From Pecten maximus (Eukaryota): a DNA stretch of 64,000 nt. The notes beneath the pieces are model-generated. The model did not search any database, was not told the origin of the DNA, and saw only the letters and a list, made by a program, of their open reading frames with translations. The stretch is from NCBI RefSeq assembly GCF_902652985.1, contig NC_047024.1:13950001-14014000 (forward strand), read 5' to 3'. Both the position numbers and the translations under genes were made by a program. Each line of letters begins with the position of its first letter. The stretch's first letter is position 1. This document shows positions 28,601-41,954 of this stretch, piece after piece.

Positions 28601-30097
28601 CCTGCCTTCGCAAAGCGCAGACTTATGACCATGTTTTGACGTTTAAGTGTTTAAGACATACACATGTTTTCTTTGTATTATTTGGAATTAACGATTATGA
28701 GACTAATGTTTGTATTTCTAGGGAAAGGTTTTGCTGGTAACTTGAGGTTACACTTTAGATGTTACTTTTCTTTTTTTGTTACTGTGTGCCACAATCGCTG
28801 ACGTCTATGGTGTGGACTGGTTTGAGCTCGACAGGACTTAAGAGACTGGCGTGCGGGATATGACGTTTAGCACTGTTGCAGCTGCTCCCCTATATGAATA
28901 ACCACCGCCTGTGTTCTGAACACTCACATAGATGATAGATCTGATACTGACATGGGCAAACCCACAATTTTAAAGACAAACCTTTTTGACTGATATGCAA
29001 TCAGACCTGGTGCATTAAACGTGCTGCAGACGATAGATGATATATTTATAGCCCTAAGACAAAAGAAAATCCATTATCATATCGTCAATGTATTGGTATT
29101 TGGGTTCTTTTGTGCTACACTTGTCACATATGAACTGGTTTTTACGACCTTCGGTTTTCAATAGGTTGAACCACGGTAAAACGAATTCGAGCGCACAATT
29201 ATTCCAAAATTTTAAAAGCCTTCAACTACTAAGTACTAAACCATATACTGGATGAGAATAGCTTCAGGTTTAAACTTTTAGCATGACAGTCATCAGCCAT
29301 ATTACTTTAACATTCACAACGCCTTCCACAGGCATACGCAACAGTTCCTCGACAGTCTGGTGTTCCAGTCAGTGATTGTCATATCCCGCGATTCGTTTCT
29401 TTGAAGTAATTTCTTCAACCTGGCTGCTCAATGGCCATGTGTTCGAGATATACGTGAATGTTATATAGTAGGTCACGTGATTAATTGAGAGAACGAGTTC
29501 GTGTTTGCTCTTGGTCATACATCAAGTTTCGGCGTGTGTTTAACCGTTCAGGGGATAGTGTAACGATACAAAGTGGTTGCTTGGAACCGGGCGTCTGGAA
29601 TAATAAGACTAGTGTGATACCCGATTGTACTGCTAAACATCATGTAAGATTTAGCGTGGTCGCCAGGGAAAGTACTTTAAATAATGTATATGTAGTGTCG
29701 CTATTAGGTACAGTGGCCACACAAACTCGATTATTAACAATATATTGCTGCTTTTAAGGTTGGCGTGTTTAATCGGGCCCCATACGTATATAGGCACTAG
29801 AAATAACGACATGACGTCAAGTTCTCTATCAGGATGTTCTTGTGCATGCGACAGACATTAATAGGGTTCGTTTTATGGCAATCGACTTTCAAATGGTCAG
29901 TAGCAACCAATCTTTTTCATAGTCTTTCTACTGCATAGGTTCGACTACACTTTTCTTGATGAAGGGATGAAGTTGTTTTAATACATTTGTATATTATGTT
30001 GTCTCTTTAGTCCCTAGTGCTTTCCGTTACATGTAATCCAAATATAAAGCTAGTGGTTTTTTTTACATGACTTACCTTTCAAACCTACTGTCCCTAA

Positions 30098-30139
30098 CAT
30101 TACTGACGAGTTATACAAGGACGGAAAAACTGTATGTCT
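30098..30139 (+). ncRNA. Degenerate solo hammerhead-ribozyme-like motif
   Basis: CATTA CTGACGA GTTA TACAA GGAC GGAA A AACT G TA TG; preceded by TGTCCCTAA, matching the linker of the 31.5-kb array. Confidence 0.45.
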
Positions 30140-31493
30140 TCATGTAATTTTTCAGGATGAACTGTCTTAGAGCCTTAGAAATATTAACACACGAAAGTTC
30201 AAACGATTTTTCTTGAATTTAATATCACACGGGTCATAAGAATTGATTATATTCTCAGGATTGCCTGTAGTTTGTCTCTTAGGATCATCAGAAAATGCAC
30301 ATCCATAGCATCGATTCTCGGAATGTTCGTTGATTTCATTTTTATCCCGCAATTCTTTGAAGCCTATGGCTCCTGTCACTTTTAATAATTACAATTGTTT
30401 CAATGTTATTAAATCTGATTAGTTGACGTATTATTGTTTTATGATTCCAGAGTTTTTTCCTTTTTTAGACGACATCTTGCCAATACAGGGTGGGGGGGGT
30501 CTTAGAAATAGAAAGCATACTTTCGTAAGTTAACACAATATTAATCTGTATAAAGAGTAAAATCAACAAAATATGTTAATATAAAGATTGTTTACGTGTA
30601 CTTAGTTTTACCAGTAACAACCCCTCAACACCTTTAGCCATTTTAGGGGGGAGGGGGGAGGGTATCAAATGCGGAAAAAACGATGTAGCCTGTTGTGTCA
30701 TTTTTATATGATTTCGATACTCCACATATCGGTATAGGTATCCTGATTCAAATAAACTGTAACGACGAAGGACAATGAATACCTTACAGATAATACATTA
30801 TAGACACAGGTAAGGATGTAGGGAAGTCATATCGTAATCATAACAGTCAAGTACCAGATTAATGTTTTACCTATAACAAATATTTATACCTACTTACAAA
30901 CTGTTAATCGATTCCTATTAGAACAACTGTTCAGTAACATAAACGAGACATCCGAATGACGGATGGTCCCATGCCTGCTGTTTTTAGCTCAATCCCCTGG
31001 AGAATATTTAATTGAAAGCACATCACAATTTCGGCAATTTGTTTTTAAATCTTCACACTGCCCACTTCACACTGTACACGTCGAATTCTTCGTACAATTA
31101 CTTACTCTATCTTGTACAAATGTTAGCGATTTGTTTACGACAATGACAGAATGTGACGAGCCCACTTCCATACTTAGTGTTTATTATTTCTATAACATCC
31201 GTACCTTCATTGCAAATTTAGAGCTAAATTAGTAAAATAAAGACCTCCCCTGTGTTGACCGGAGTAAACGTCATCGACAGAAGCGGTTTTAAGGTTCCTC
31301 AAATGAAATCTGAAGTCATACTTATATAACAAGGAGAAATGCATTCCACTTTACACCCAACAGATTAAAATCATCTCTTATCCATTGCTTTAGAGTGGTC
31401 ACGTACCAAAGAATAGCACAAACCATAGTTGGACCTTTCAATACAAATTAAGTGCAAGATACAGCAGAGCCAAAGAAGTAATTAAATTGCATT

Positions 31494-31891
31494 TTATAAC
31501 GGTTTCGCCCTTCCCTTCTATAACTCATCCGTAATGTAAGTGTTCCGTCCTTTAGGACTCGTTCGTGATGTTAATGACACCCTATATACCTGTGTCGTCC
31601 TTGCAAGACTCGACAGTGATGCTAAGGACATCATACAGCTGTTTTATACTTCTTTGACTTGTCCGTGATGTTAGTTAAACCCTACACCTGTGTCGTCCTT
31701 CTATGACTTGTCCGTGATGTTGGTGACATCCTACACCTGTGTCGTCTTTCTATGACTTGTCTGTGTTGTCAGGGACATCCTACACCTGTGTCGTCTTTCT
31801 AGGACTTGTCTGTGTTGTCAGGGACATCCTACACCTGTGTTGTCAGGGACATCCTACACCTGTGTTGTCCTTACAAGACTCGTCAGTGGTG
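31494..31891 (-). repeat. 49-bp tandem array derived from a minimal type I hammerhead ribozyme (all copies mutated)
   Basis: About 9 units; minus-strand composite CATCA CTGACGA GTCC nnnnn GGAC GAAA C AGCT G TA TGATG. Confidence 0.65.
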
Positions 31892-32199
31892 CTAAATGCC
31901 TAAATGTTAATATATAGGAGGCGGCTGGGGGAACTAAAATGTGTCGAAAATATTAGCTTATGTTTTGGAGGTGCAATAGACTCATAATTTAAATAAATCC
32001 CGGCCAGTCTGTATCTATATCGATAAATGCATTCCATTGTATCATATATTGTATTGGTTTAGTAGCCCTACTTCCCCATCCTCTGGTGTGTGATATTCCA
32101 TTCCATGTGCGGTGGAATCCTCTTGCACGTTTCACAAATGCATAAGGTAGTTAGAGAGAGAAACAATTAATTACATTGAGTCATAAAATGGCATGAAAA

Positions 32200-33060
32200 T
32201 ACCTTTGTGTTTTCTACAACGGGACGACTAATGTGGTATCGGGTGGCTCGGCGTCACCGCTAAAAACGGCCCTAATTGAGTTAGGTCGAGCAGTGTATAA
32301 CTGTATCAGGGACATATATCTCGAGGATAATTAGATAGAATGCGACGCTAATTACGTCGAGTGGCGCTCATTAGAGAACGAAATATATATAGCGGCGATA
32401 TCTCTTGTACAACGTACCGAATTACGGAAGAGAAATGAACTCCGTAGAAACGCATTATTTCAAAAACGTAAAAAGAATGTCTAGTTACCAAGAGACGTTA
32501 GACAGTGCGATGTAAGATTACACCGAACTTCAATTCATCTTAACCCCCGAAAAAATCGAAATCTTTTTTTTTTTTTTTTTTTACTGAACTGATGTAGGGA
32601 TCTTTATGCAAAGCTAGAATGAATGATATTTATTATTCTAGAGGCTTTCCCGACCCTCTGCTATTGAGATAATTGTGTATGCCTGCCATAGCAACCTCTA
32701 AATTGGTTCTGAGGATTATTTGTCACGTGGTCTCTCCCCTGGAGCGTTTTCATTCGTGTCATGTCACAGACTTGTTTTCAATGATAGAATTTCAAACATT
32801 TGAAATCTGTTATTAACCGTCTTCATCACGATCAAGGTGTCTGCCGCCTAGGGCGTCAAATCAGAAGCTCAATTTCTTTGCACGCCGCCTTTTTGCGTAT
32901 CTACAAAGGAAGCCAAAAAGTGCCTCCTCAAGAAATCACGAGATCCATATGATTATTATCGATTGGCAGAATTAGAATGCGCCAACAGACATCACTTTGA
33001 AAGAAGGCCGATCATTACTCTTATATAAATACGTCAACGAAGTGTGAAAACTTATTTTCA
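32200..33060 (+). promoter_or_regulatory. Candidate enhancer/promoter
   Basis: CpG-containing stretch with clustered TAATT/CATTAG homeodomain cores (32271-32374), ATTGG at 32962 and TATATAAA at 33022; motif evidence only. Confidence 0.25.
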
Positions 33061-33964
33061 TATTTTAGAGAGTAATAAACCGAGATTTATTGAGGCAAAT
33101 AAAACATTAGCAAGCAGTAGCTACTAACTAACTAAACGTGTTTGGCGTTTAGCGCGGCTGATGGTTTCTGACGCGGCCGTCGAGGTGTGGCTGGAATATG
33201 GAAACTTTGGGGTACATCTTGTGTCATTATCGTCTCATCACTACGTAATCCATATAGCTGGTGCAAATGTCTGTCACAAGTCTCATGGTATAATGGTATA
33301 TCATGTTTTCTTGTTGGTATAAAGGAATGCATTTTGATTAATTAATGGACATAAAAAATCGAACAATCATTTCACAATCATACCGATGGTTTAATAGTGC
33401 AAAACAAATGATAAGATCAATTGCATTGCGAGTAGAAATCAGCCGGCAGCGCTCCCGTCAGTGTTCGCTTCGCTTTTATTTAGAAAACAATATGCTAAAC
33501 ACACTCCACAACAATGCAAATGAACGTAGAGCAATTCTGCGTCAGACAAGAATGATGTAAATGGTCAAAAGTAATTGCTCGAGGTATTGATTTAACAGGG
33601 GTGTTTACTAAAATAAAACAGAAAACAATAAACAACACATTATCTAACACAAAAACAGTTAATATTGACGGCAATCTTATTAATTAACAGAGAATGCCGG
33701 CTTAGTAAATATAATATAGAACAATTAAAAGAGACAACTACTCCAGAACAAAAACTGATATAAAATTGACAGGATTAAATAAATAACACAATGATTTAAT
33801 AGACAACAACAGTCTACCTTGAATATATCATTTGTTTATTTTTAAACTTTATATCAGATACTTTGTAAACAGGCATGATATATCACCATAGTTAATTTAG
33901 AGTTCATTACATCATTTGAAATTAAAACAAAATACCGGACTGTTCATGTACAATTCCACAATGA

Positions 33965-34090
33965 AAATCACGAAGGAAGACAACTTTTTGACTCGTGCCC
34001 TGACCAGGCCTCGAGCTCACGATCTACGGCACCCAATCGCCTAGTCAGAAATACCCGCAGCCTATACCGCTGCGCCACATCGGCGTTCTT
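33965..34090 (-). mobile_element. tRNA-derived SINE-like head
   Basis: Minus strand A box TGGCGCAGCGG and B-box-like GAGCTCGAGGCC; no clean cloverleaf. Confidence 0.55.
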
Positions 34091-34160
34091 ATAAAAGAAC
34101 GTTTCAATGGCGCAGTGATGGTCGGCCCGATACCCTGACATGATCATTGTGGAAGTCGTC

Positions 34161-34673
34161 TATTTAAGGATTAAACTGGTTTTTTTGGTGTCTATGGTCG
34201 ATATAGATGCCAGAGCTTTGCAAACAAACGTCATATTGTGCGGTAGACAGTTTAATGCTTATATTTACATTCTCGACATATTCGTTTTGTTATATTTGAA
34301 AATTAGCATAAAAATCCCAATATTCAGCGATTTCGTCAATGGGTTTCGACAAATAGAACAGCCTATTTTTTCAAAATTCATTTGTCATGTGCAGATTGGC
34401 AAACAAAAAAGTGCTTGAAATAATACGAAAAAAACACAGTCTGTTCAATGTTTTTTTTATTATTTGTGTAACAATATTGTATAAAATGTCTTTTTGATAC
34501 ATTTTTATTAACATAAACAACGATTTATGTTAGTTACAAGTAGTTCCGGTGGGTGAATATATTCATGCGCGGCATGGATTGATGTCATGTTTTGGGTGTC
34601 AATTATGGTCACATAGACTGCAAATCTTTTTACTTAGTTTATATCGTGGCTTTGCCACCAAAATGTAAATATA
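34161..34673 (-). mobile_element. Interspersed repeat, copy 2 (inverted relative to 1008-1527)
   Basis: About 430 bp reverse-complement homology to 1008-1443. Confidence 0.8.
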
Positions 34674-35997
34674 AGATTATATGAATACCTGGATCGCAAT
34701 GTATTTACATACATGGATACGAATTGTACATATATTATATATATTTCTCTCGGTACAACTACGACAGGAAATTCAAATCTATATCTTCGGATCACCAACA
34801 CATAGTGTATATGATACATTGTGCTAATAAATAGATATATAACTTAGCAACACAAATGACGAAGGAAGACAACTTTTTTACTCGTACCCTATATATATAC
34901 ACACACACGCACGCATTTCAAGCACATGGCATGTTAAATTAAAATATTCGCTGTGATATGATAAAAATGACACTGTGCACAAATTATCTGGTCAGAAAGC
35001 CTTGTGAAACATAAACAAGTTTTTATCACATGTTTGTCTGTAAAAAAAATAGAAAATTGTGAAACTGATCAAACTTACATTGGCACTGCAGTGATGAGCA
35101 GTGACAATATAAGATTTGCAGTGAAAATGTAAGGTTTTACCGGAACTACTTTCTATCATTCACTTCGGCATGGGCGCAGTTACACCAGACGAACTACTTT
35201 CATTGTCATTAAATATATATATGTTTTAGGAATGAATAAAAACGAACTGGAGTTTATGAGTGTCGGGTGTTATTTTCCATAAAGCATGTTAAGGCCTTAT
35301 TCGAAATGTAATAAAAATAACATTCAAAGTTCTGATGTTAATTTATGTCATTCAGATAGACATAAAGAGCTAAATATAAAGTCCTGACTTAACGTTAGAT
35401 TGCTAAAGGACCACCTTGTAACAAAGACTGGGGATGTTCGTCACATTTATTATCACATTTCCGTATGTTCAATAACCGATAAAACGTGCCTATTTACTCC
35501 TCGAGGTTTAGTTAATCATATGACGAATACTGTCGATAAACAAGACGACTCCTGACCTTCGAGAAAACTCATACTATTCAACTTGTACGTTTTGAAGGGG
35601 GTCCATGAAAAAAAAACCAGTTTTTTTCATATTTTAGACAGATTCATCAATTTTATTTCGGAATTTCCCCGCTTAAATATGCCATATTGATCATCTCCAT
35701 GCTGTACAGAGCCAATTCGTGTACATATATAATCAAATATTTTCGCTCAAATTACCTATATGAGATTGTGTTGGCCTGTAACCGCAGATTAAAATTACAT
35801 AATTTATATGGTCATTCTTATTACCTCCGTGATTACAAATCATGGCGTAACTTTACATTGTTATAATGAAATTGAAATTTCATAATTGATTTGCCCAATG
35901 TTTTCACAATTTGAAGCTTGAAAAATAACTCATGATCACGTGGATGACTTTCGTGCATCTTGCCTGACAGGACATTAGAACGGCATCAACTTAATTG

Positions 35998-35998
<1 letters not shown>

Positions 35999-36029
<31 letters not shown>

Positions 36030-36735
36030 CCAGCGACAACCAATCAACGGGTCATCTATAAATATAACTGGCTAACGTCAGCCAATCAACTAGTGATCTA
36101 TATAAAGCTGACTAGCGTCAGCCAACCAACTGGTAATCTATACATATAATTGACTAGCGTCAGCCAATCAACTTGTGATCTATACAAAGCTGACCAACAT
36201 CAGCCAATCAACTTGTAATCTATATAAAGCTGACCAACATCAGCCAATCAACTTGTGATCTATGCAAAGCTGACTAACATCAGCCAATCAACTTGTGATC
36301 TATATAAAGCTGACAAACATCAGCCAATCAACTTGTGATCTATATAAAGCTGACCAACATCAGCCAATCAACTTGTGATCTATACAAAGCTGACCAACAT
36401 CAGCCAATCAACTTGTGATCTATACAAAGCTGACCAACATCAGCCAATCAACTTGTGATCTATATAAAGCTGACCAACATCAGCCAATCAACTTGTAATC
36501 TATATAAAGCTGACCAACATCAGCCTATCAACTTGTGATCTATGCAAAGCTGATTAACATCAGCCAATCAACTTGTGATCTATATAAAGCTGACCAACAT
36601 CAGCCAATCAACTGGGGATGAATATCAAGCTGACCAACATCAGCCAATCACCTGTTTATCTATAAATATAACTGGCTAAAGACAGCCAATCAACCGGTGA
36701 TTTATATAAGTTACTGCCAACGTCGGACAATCAAG
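35999..36735. repeat. (TA)n microsatellite followed by a 40-bp minisatellite (~17 copies)
   Basis: Unit CAGCCAATCAACTTGTGATCTATATAAAGCTGACCAACAT. Confidence 0.95.
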
Positions 36736-36826
36736 AGTCTAATGCTTGTACTGGTATCAGGTTCGAAACAGCCAGGATCATAGATGTCTAATGACCATAT
36801 CACGCCATTTTATATCTATTGCATGA

Positions 36827-36920
36827 TTTGGTTTATTTTGTTTAACGTCATATTAACAGCCAGTGTCATTTAAGGACATGCCTGGTTTTTGCGGTGGAGG
36901 AAAGTCACCGGCCTATGGGC
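36827..36920 (-). mobile_element. SINE 3'-end fragment (CORE-type suspected)
   Basis: TTGGTTTATTTTGTTTAACGTCATATTAACAGCCAGTGTCATTTAAGGAC resembles an antisense bivalve SINE tail (recalled, not searched). Confidence 0.45.
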
Positions 36921-38844
36921 ACCTTAACCATGCGGTCCCCATTTTACATTTACTAAAGTACATGAAAACACGACGATAACTATCTATAATCATCAATTTC
37001 ATTGGAACATATTCTGAGATTTGAAACCGCGCGGTAAGGTTTTGTATACGTTGGTGAGGTGTGGAACTCGTGTACAGACAACAGAATACAATTTACATGT
37101 ATATAATGCCCTGTGGCTATAATCAATTCATCCATTCACTGGGTCTTTGGTTTTCTTGGCGATATTACTATATTTGGAAATTCAAGAAAGGTGTTTTTTT
37201 TTCAATTATCGACAAAATGCTAATTCCTTCGAGGAACCTGAAGTCAAAACATCAATCAAACGTTTTCTGCGCTGAAAAATGGCTTTTCTTTTACATTTAT
37301 AAATCAATACTGCCATCAATATTACAAGCAGAAATATCACCGTGGATTTTACCGTTAACATTCCTACAAATGCTTCAATCATTTCATTTCTAAAGAGAAA
37401 ACGCGTAGAAAATTGAATTGATTTTTAAATATTTCATTACAAATATTAATAAAAATTGGTGTTAGGATCCTTTCTGTTGTGTGGGTCGTTTGTCATAAGC
37501 CGATAGGAACCTTGTATGGATACGGACTGAGAAGGCTTTCCTCAGATTACGTCATTTCTGTGTTCGAACAGCCTTAAATCTTAATCAAAGTTTTGAAGGT
37601 ATTACGTTGAGTTATTTTACAATTTCCGATTTTTCTGTTTTTATTCTGAAATGCTTATTAATCATTTAGCTGTCATTATCTGATTTCAGCGTTATTGTAT
37701 GACGATCCCCTTACTTTGATGGAGTTGTTCTGTCTAGTAATAGGCCTTGCATGCATGTATCCAACCAACGGGCTCTGAGGAACAGCAATCGGCACTTCAT
37801 TTCCGGCGCGTCGCTATTAAATTGTATGCTAAGTCAGCGGAGATAAAACAACAAAGGAACTTTTATCTCTTGTTTTCTTAAAGAAGATAAATACTTAACT
37901 TTGAACACGACGTCTTGAAAATCAATCGATTATCCCGCTTTTATCTACAATTTTTTTATTGAAAAAAAAAATTATTGTGTTTTCATCTGATTTTATGTGC
38001 TATGAGGTGAGTTTATGAGACGAAAACTAAGCATTATACATAGCAGTATTCCGTCCAAAAAAACATGTTATGCCAATCCATCAGCGGTCCCCGATATCGG
38101 GGCATGCGACCACTGGTGAGAGGGACGAAACATTCGAGAATGCTATTTATAGTTCTGACGTTCACTGGGTCTTCCATCGATGAAAAGCGACCCCTGGTGA
38201 GAGTTGCGAGGACATTAATGTTGTATGTAGTCATGCCACTTCCCCTATCGATATAAAACTCATGCTGAGGATAGCTAGTTTGCATCGATTTTTGGAATAT
38301 GGGAAAAGGCAAGCTTGGTGTTAACATCACATTAAATAGCTAAATTACGTAACTCTCCTGACCACTGAAGGGCATTTGGAGGTCGGTACTCCGTCTAGAA
38401 TGTAGACAAAAAGAAATCATTCGGAGCCTGTACATGTCAAATAAAGTAAATATCCCGATACCTTCGTTAAACACCTTTGATTTATCCTCAGTTATTGTGA
38501 AGTTTATTGTAACGTTTAATTGTTCCTTGATTGTTACATGTCTAAAGCAAATAACATTCAACTAAATATGGAATTGTCTGAACATACTTGCATTATTTTA
38601 ATCAACACTAATTGACGGGATTCCTATTATTACCTGACCACTTGGACATGTTGTCCTTTCAGGCAAACTGGCGAGTCTTCAATAGGCCGTTTAAGACAAG
38701 TTTCCTGTTTTATCCGACCAATTTATGCGAGCCCTTCGGAGAAGATACGTTGATTTGTCTGTCTTGCCTGATCGGGCCTTCCTTTGAGATAGCCGAGGGT
38801 GGGAACAATTCTCCGAGCATGGAGATTTCTACATCCCCCTCTAA

Positions 38845-39750
38845 ATGTATTATCCCTATAAAAACATACATAAATATATAACCCCTATAAAAACATACAT
38901 AAATATATAACCCCTATAAAAACATACATAAATATATAACCCCTATAAAAACATACATAAATATATAACCCCTATAAAAACATACATAAGTGTATTACCC
39001 CTATAAAAACATACATAAATATATAACCCCTATAAAAACATACATAAATATATAACCCCTATAAAAACATACATAAATATATAACCCCTATAAAAACATA
39101 CATAAATATATAACCCCTATAAAAAACATACATAAATATATTACCCCTATAAAAACATACATAAATCTATTATTCCTATAAAACATACATAAATATATTA
39201 CCCTTATACAAACATACATAAACCTATTACCCCTATAAAAACATACATACATCTATTACCCCTATACAAACATACATAAATCTATTATTCCTATAAAAAC
39301 ATACATAAATCTATTATCCCTATAAAAACATACATAAATCTATTATCCCTATAAAAACATACATAAATCTATTATTCCTATAAAAACATACATAAATCTA
39401 TTATCCCTATACAAACATACATACATATATTACCCCTATAAAAACATACATAAATCTATTATCCCTATAAAACATACATAAATCTATTATTCCTATAAAA
39501 ACATTCATAAATATATAACCCCTATAAAAACATACCTAAATATATCATTCCTATAAAAACATACATAGATCTATTATCCCTATAAAAACATACATAAATC
39601 TATTATTCCTATAAAAACATACATAAATATATTATCCCTATAAAAACATACATAAATATATTACCCCTATAAAAACATACATAAATCTATTACCCCTATA
39701 AAAACATACATACATCTATTATTCCTATAAAAACATACATACATTTATTA
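38845..39750. repeat. 29-bp AT-rich minisatellite (~31 copies)
   Basis: Unit CCCCTATAAAAACATACATAAATATATAA, with more variants toward the right end. Confidence 0.95.
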
Positions 39751-41954
39751 TCTCCCATTAGTTTGTTATCCCTTTTCTGCCATTTTGCGTGTATGCTTTG
39801 AAAACTTTTGATAATGTTTAACCATAATATTGTCATGACATTTAAACTTCAAAATCAAAAGTGTTTATACTCGGTCGCATACAATGTGAATTTCACTTCC
39901 GGTTAGGTACATCGTACGCGCAACGACATTGCCTGCTAGTAATCCGACCTATATAATGATAGTGATATATTTCTTGGTTTCAGAGGTTTAGAATCTCTAT
40001 TTAGTGTGGTAGCAGTTCTGAACCCCTTCCTGCTCTGTGTACGCCAACCTACCTTATCATACTTTACTTCCATTAATCTCGCCGCCGTATATAACTGTGT
40101 GACAAATAACAAGTCTACCAATCGTCACTTTGGATATGGTTTTATAACTGATCTATTTTGGTACACGCGTACGCATTATATCAGAAGACGATCCAAGAAT
40201 CTCCGTGGATATTTTATTTCTAAAGCTCCCACGTAGCTGTACAAAACAGCTGGTACCAAAACGGGTTCTCATATAGATATACACTCCTAGTGACAGTGTT
40301 TCAGCCTCGCTCTAACGCCAACACAAGTAGTCCCTTGTAGCCTCTGATATACTCCGATACTCGTTAACCCGTAAGCAAATCAAACATCAGTAGATGCATC
40401 AGCACAAGGCCATTCAAATATAAATTACTTTTACTTAATGTTAACACACCGATTTTACATAAGTCGCCGATATATCTATAACAGATTGTACCGAACCCAG
40501 TATGGTACTGACAAGAGAAATTCAGGGGCCATCTTGCAGGTAGGGCGTAAGAATTGTACCTGCTATACCCCATGGTGCGATTCTAAAGGGGTTACTAAAT
40601 TTGGGGATCCTTTTCCATTGAAGACTTCCTTATTTGTGTCCTTCCAGTTGCTCGTTCGTCCGTCACAGGAAAGTTGCGGGTTCTCTGACCTGACCGAGAA
40701 TTACTATCATTTGCTTTATGTTTTGTTATAATTTCGGCCGGATGTAGCGTCACGCGTCCATGTGTATGTGATATATTTCTGTGTGGTAGCACTATAAAAT
40801 GATACTAAACTGTATTTCATTGTAAACCAAGTCAGGTTCAGCAACTTCGGTATGGCCAACATGAAGGTAACTGATCAACGAAAATTGTTCAATAAAACGT
40901 CAGATTTACACCTGGAGATAACCTCTTCTGACAATTCAAACTTATCTTTAAACCTATAAGTGTATGTAGAAAAGCTACGTGCACGATGGAATGTCTTTTT
41001 AACACGGATTCTTGAACGTTGTGTTGTCATTAGGTATATAAACTACGTTTGTAAAGAAAATGAAAAAAAAACTGTAGAAAAGGGACGATTCTCTCCGGTG
41101 TTAGGTATAAATGGCGATAAAATTGAGAAGACATTAAAATTAATCATTGTCGTTTTGCTCCTTACCAGACGATATTTCGATACAATCTGAGTAAAGTTGT
41201 CATGATACTTCATGTAACACACTGTTCCCCATCCTCCGATATTGGGTTATTTTTGTTGACTTCTGGATGTAAGAAAATCCTGATAGTTAAAATCCGCGTT
41301 CGTTGACTTCTAGATCCGAGAGGATCCTCACACAAGGTACTTGGGCAATACCTAAATGTTGTTCGGAAAGCCTCATATCACAAGGTTTATGCAAAAGCTC
41401 CACACACACACATAACTGGTGCCAGTATTCATTATAGTATCGCGAAATCATCCCTGACCCTTAGAAGCCGTAAGAATCTCGTCCTTCCCCATATGCCTCA
41501 GCACGAGATTCTGTCATCAACTTATTGAGATACCTAATGGAAGCCTCAGTTTTGTCTTTTTTTTTTCGAAAAAGCGAGACATTTTAACTAATACATTCTC
41601 GTTTCCAAATTTTACTACGAAACATTATTGGAACTACGGTGGGATATTTCAAATTAATTATATTTACTTGCATAATTTGTGTATGTCAACGTTACTTGTC
41701 AATATAACCAGATATACGTCATACATAATGTGACGATACCTTGGTTTACAAGCATGTCGACCTCATTTTAAAATTACCTCTACGTATATAAGAAAAGATG
41801 TCACGAAAACGATTTTTTTTAAGTAAACTCTCGTTTTCCGGGGCCATCTTTGAAAGTAAATAAAACTTAGTGTCTACTGATCACTACAATTGATGTACTG
41901 ATTAAAGTAGAGTTTGGCGTGAGATATGATATCATAAAGGGTGGCAACGGAGTT

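Noticed and set aside
38106-38137. CTGGTGAG..GGACGAAAC hammerhead-like string
   Set aside because: No stem II, stem I or cleavage triplet can be formed
38845-39750. TATAAAA in every 29-bp unit as a promoter array
   Set aside because: Expected by chance in such AT-rich sequence; no other promoter motif
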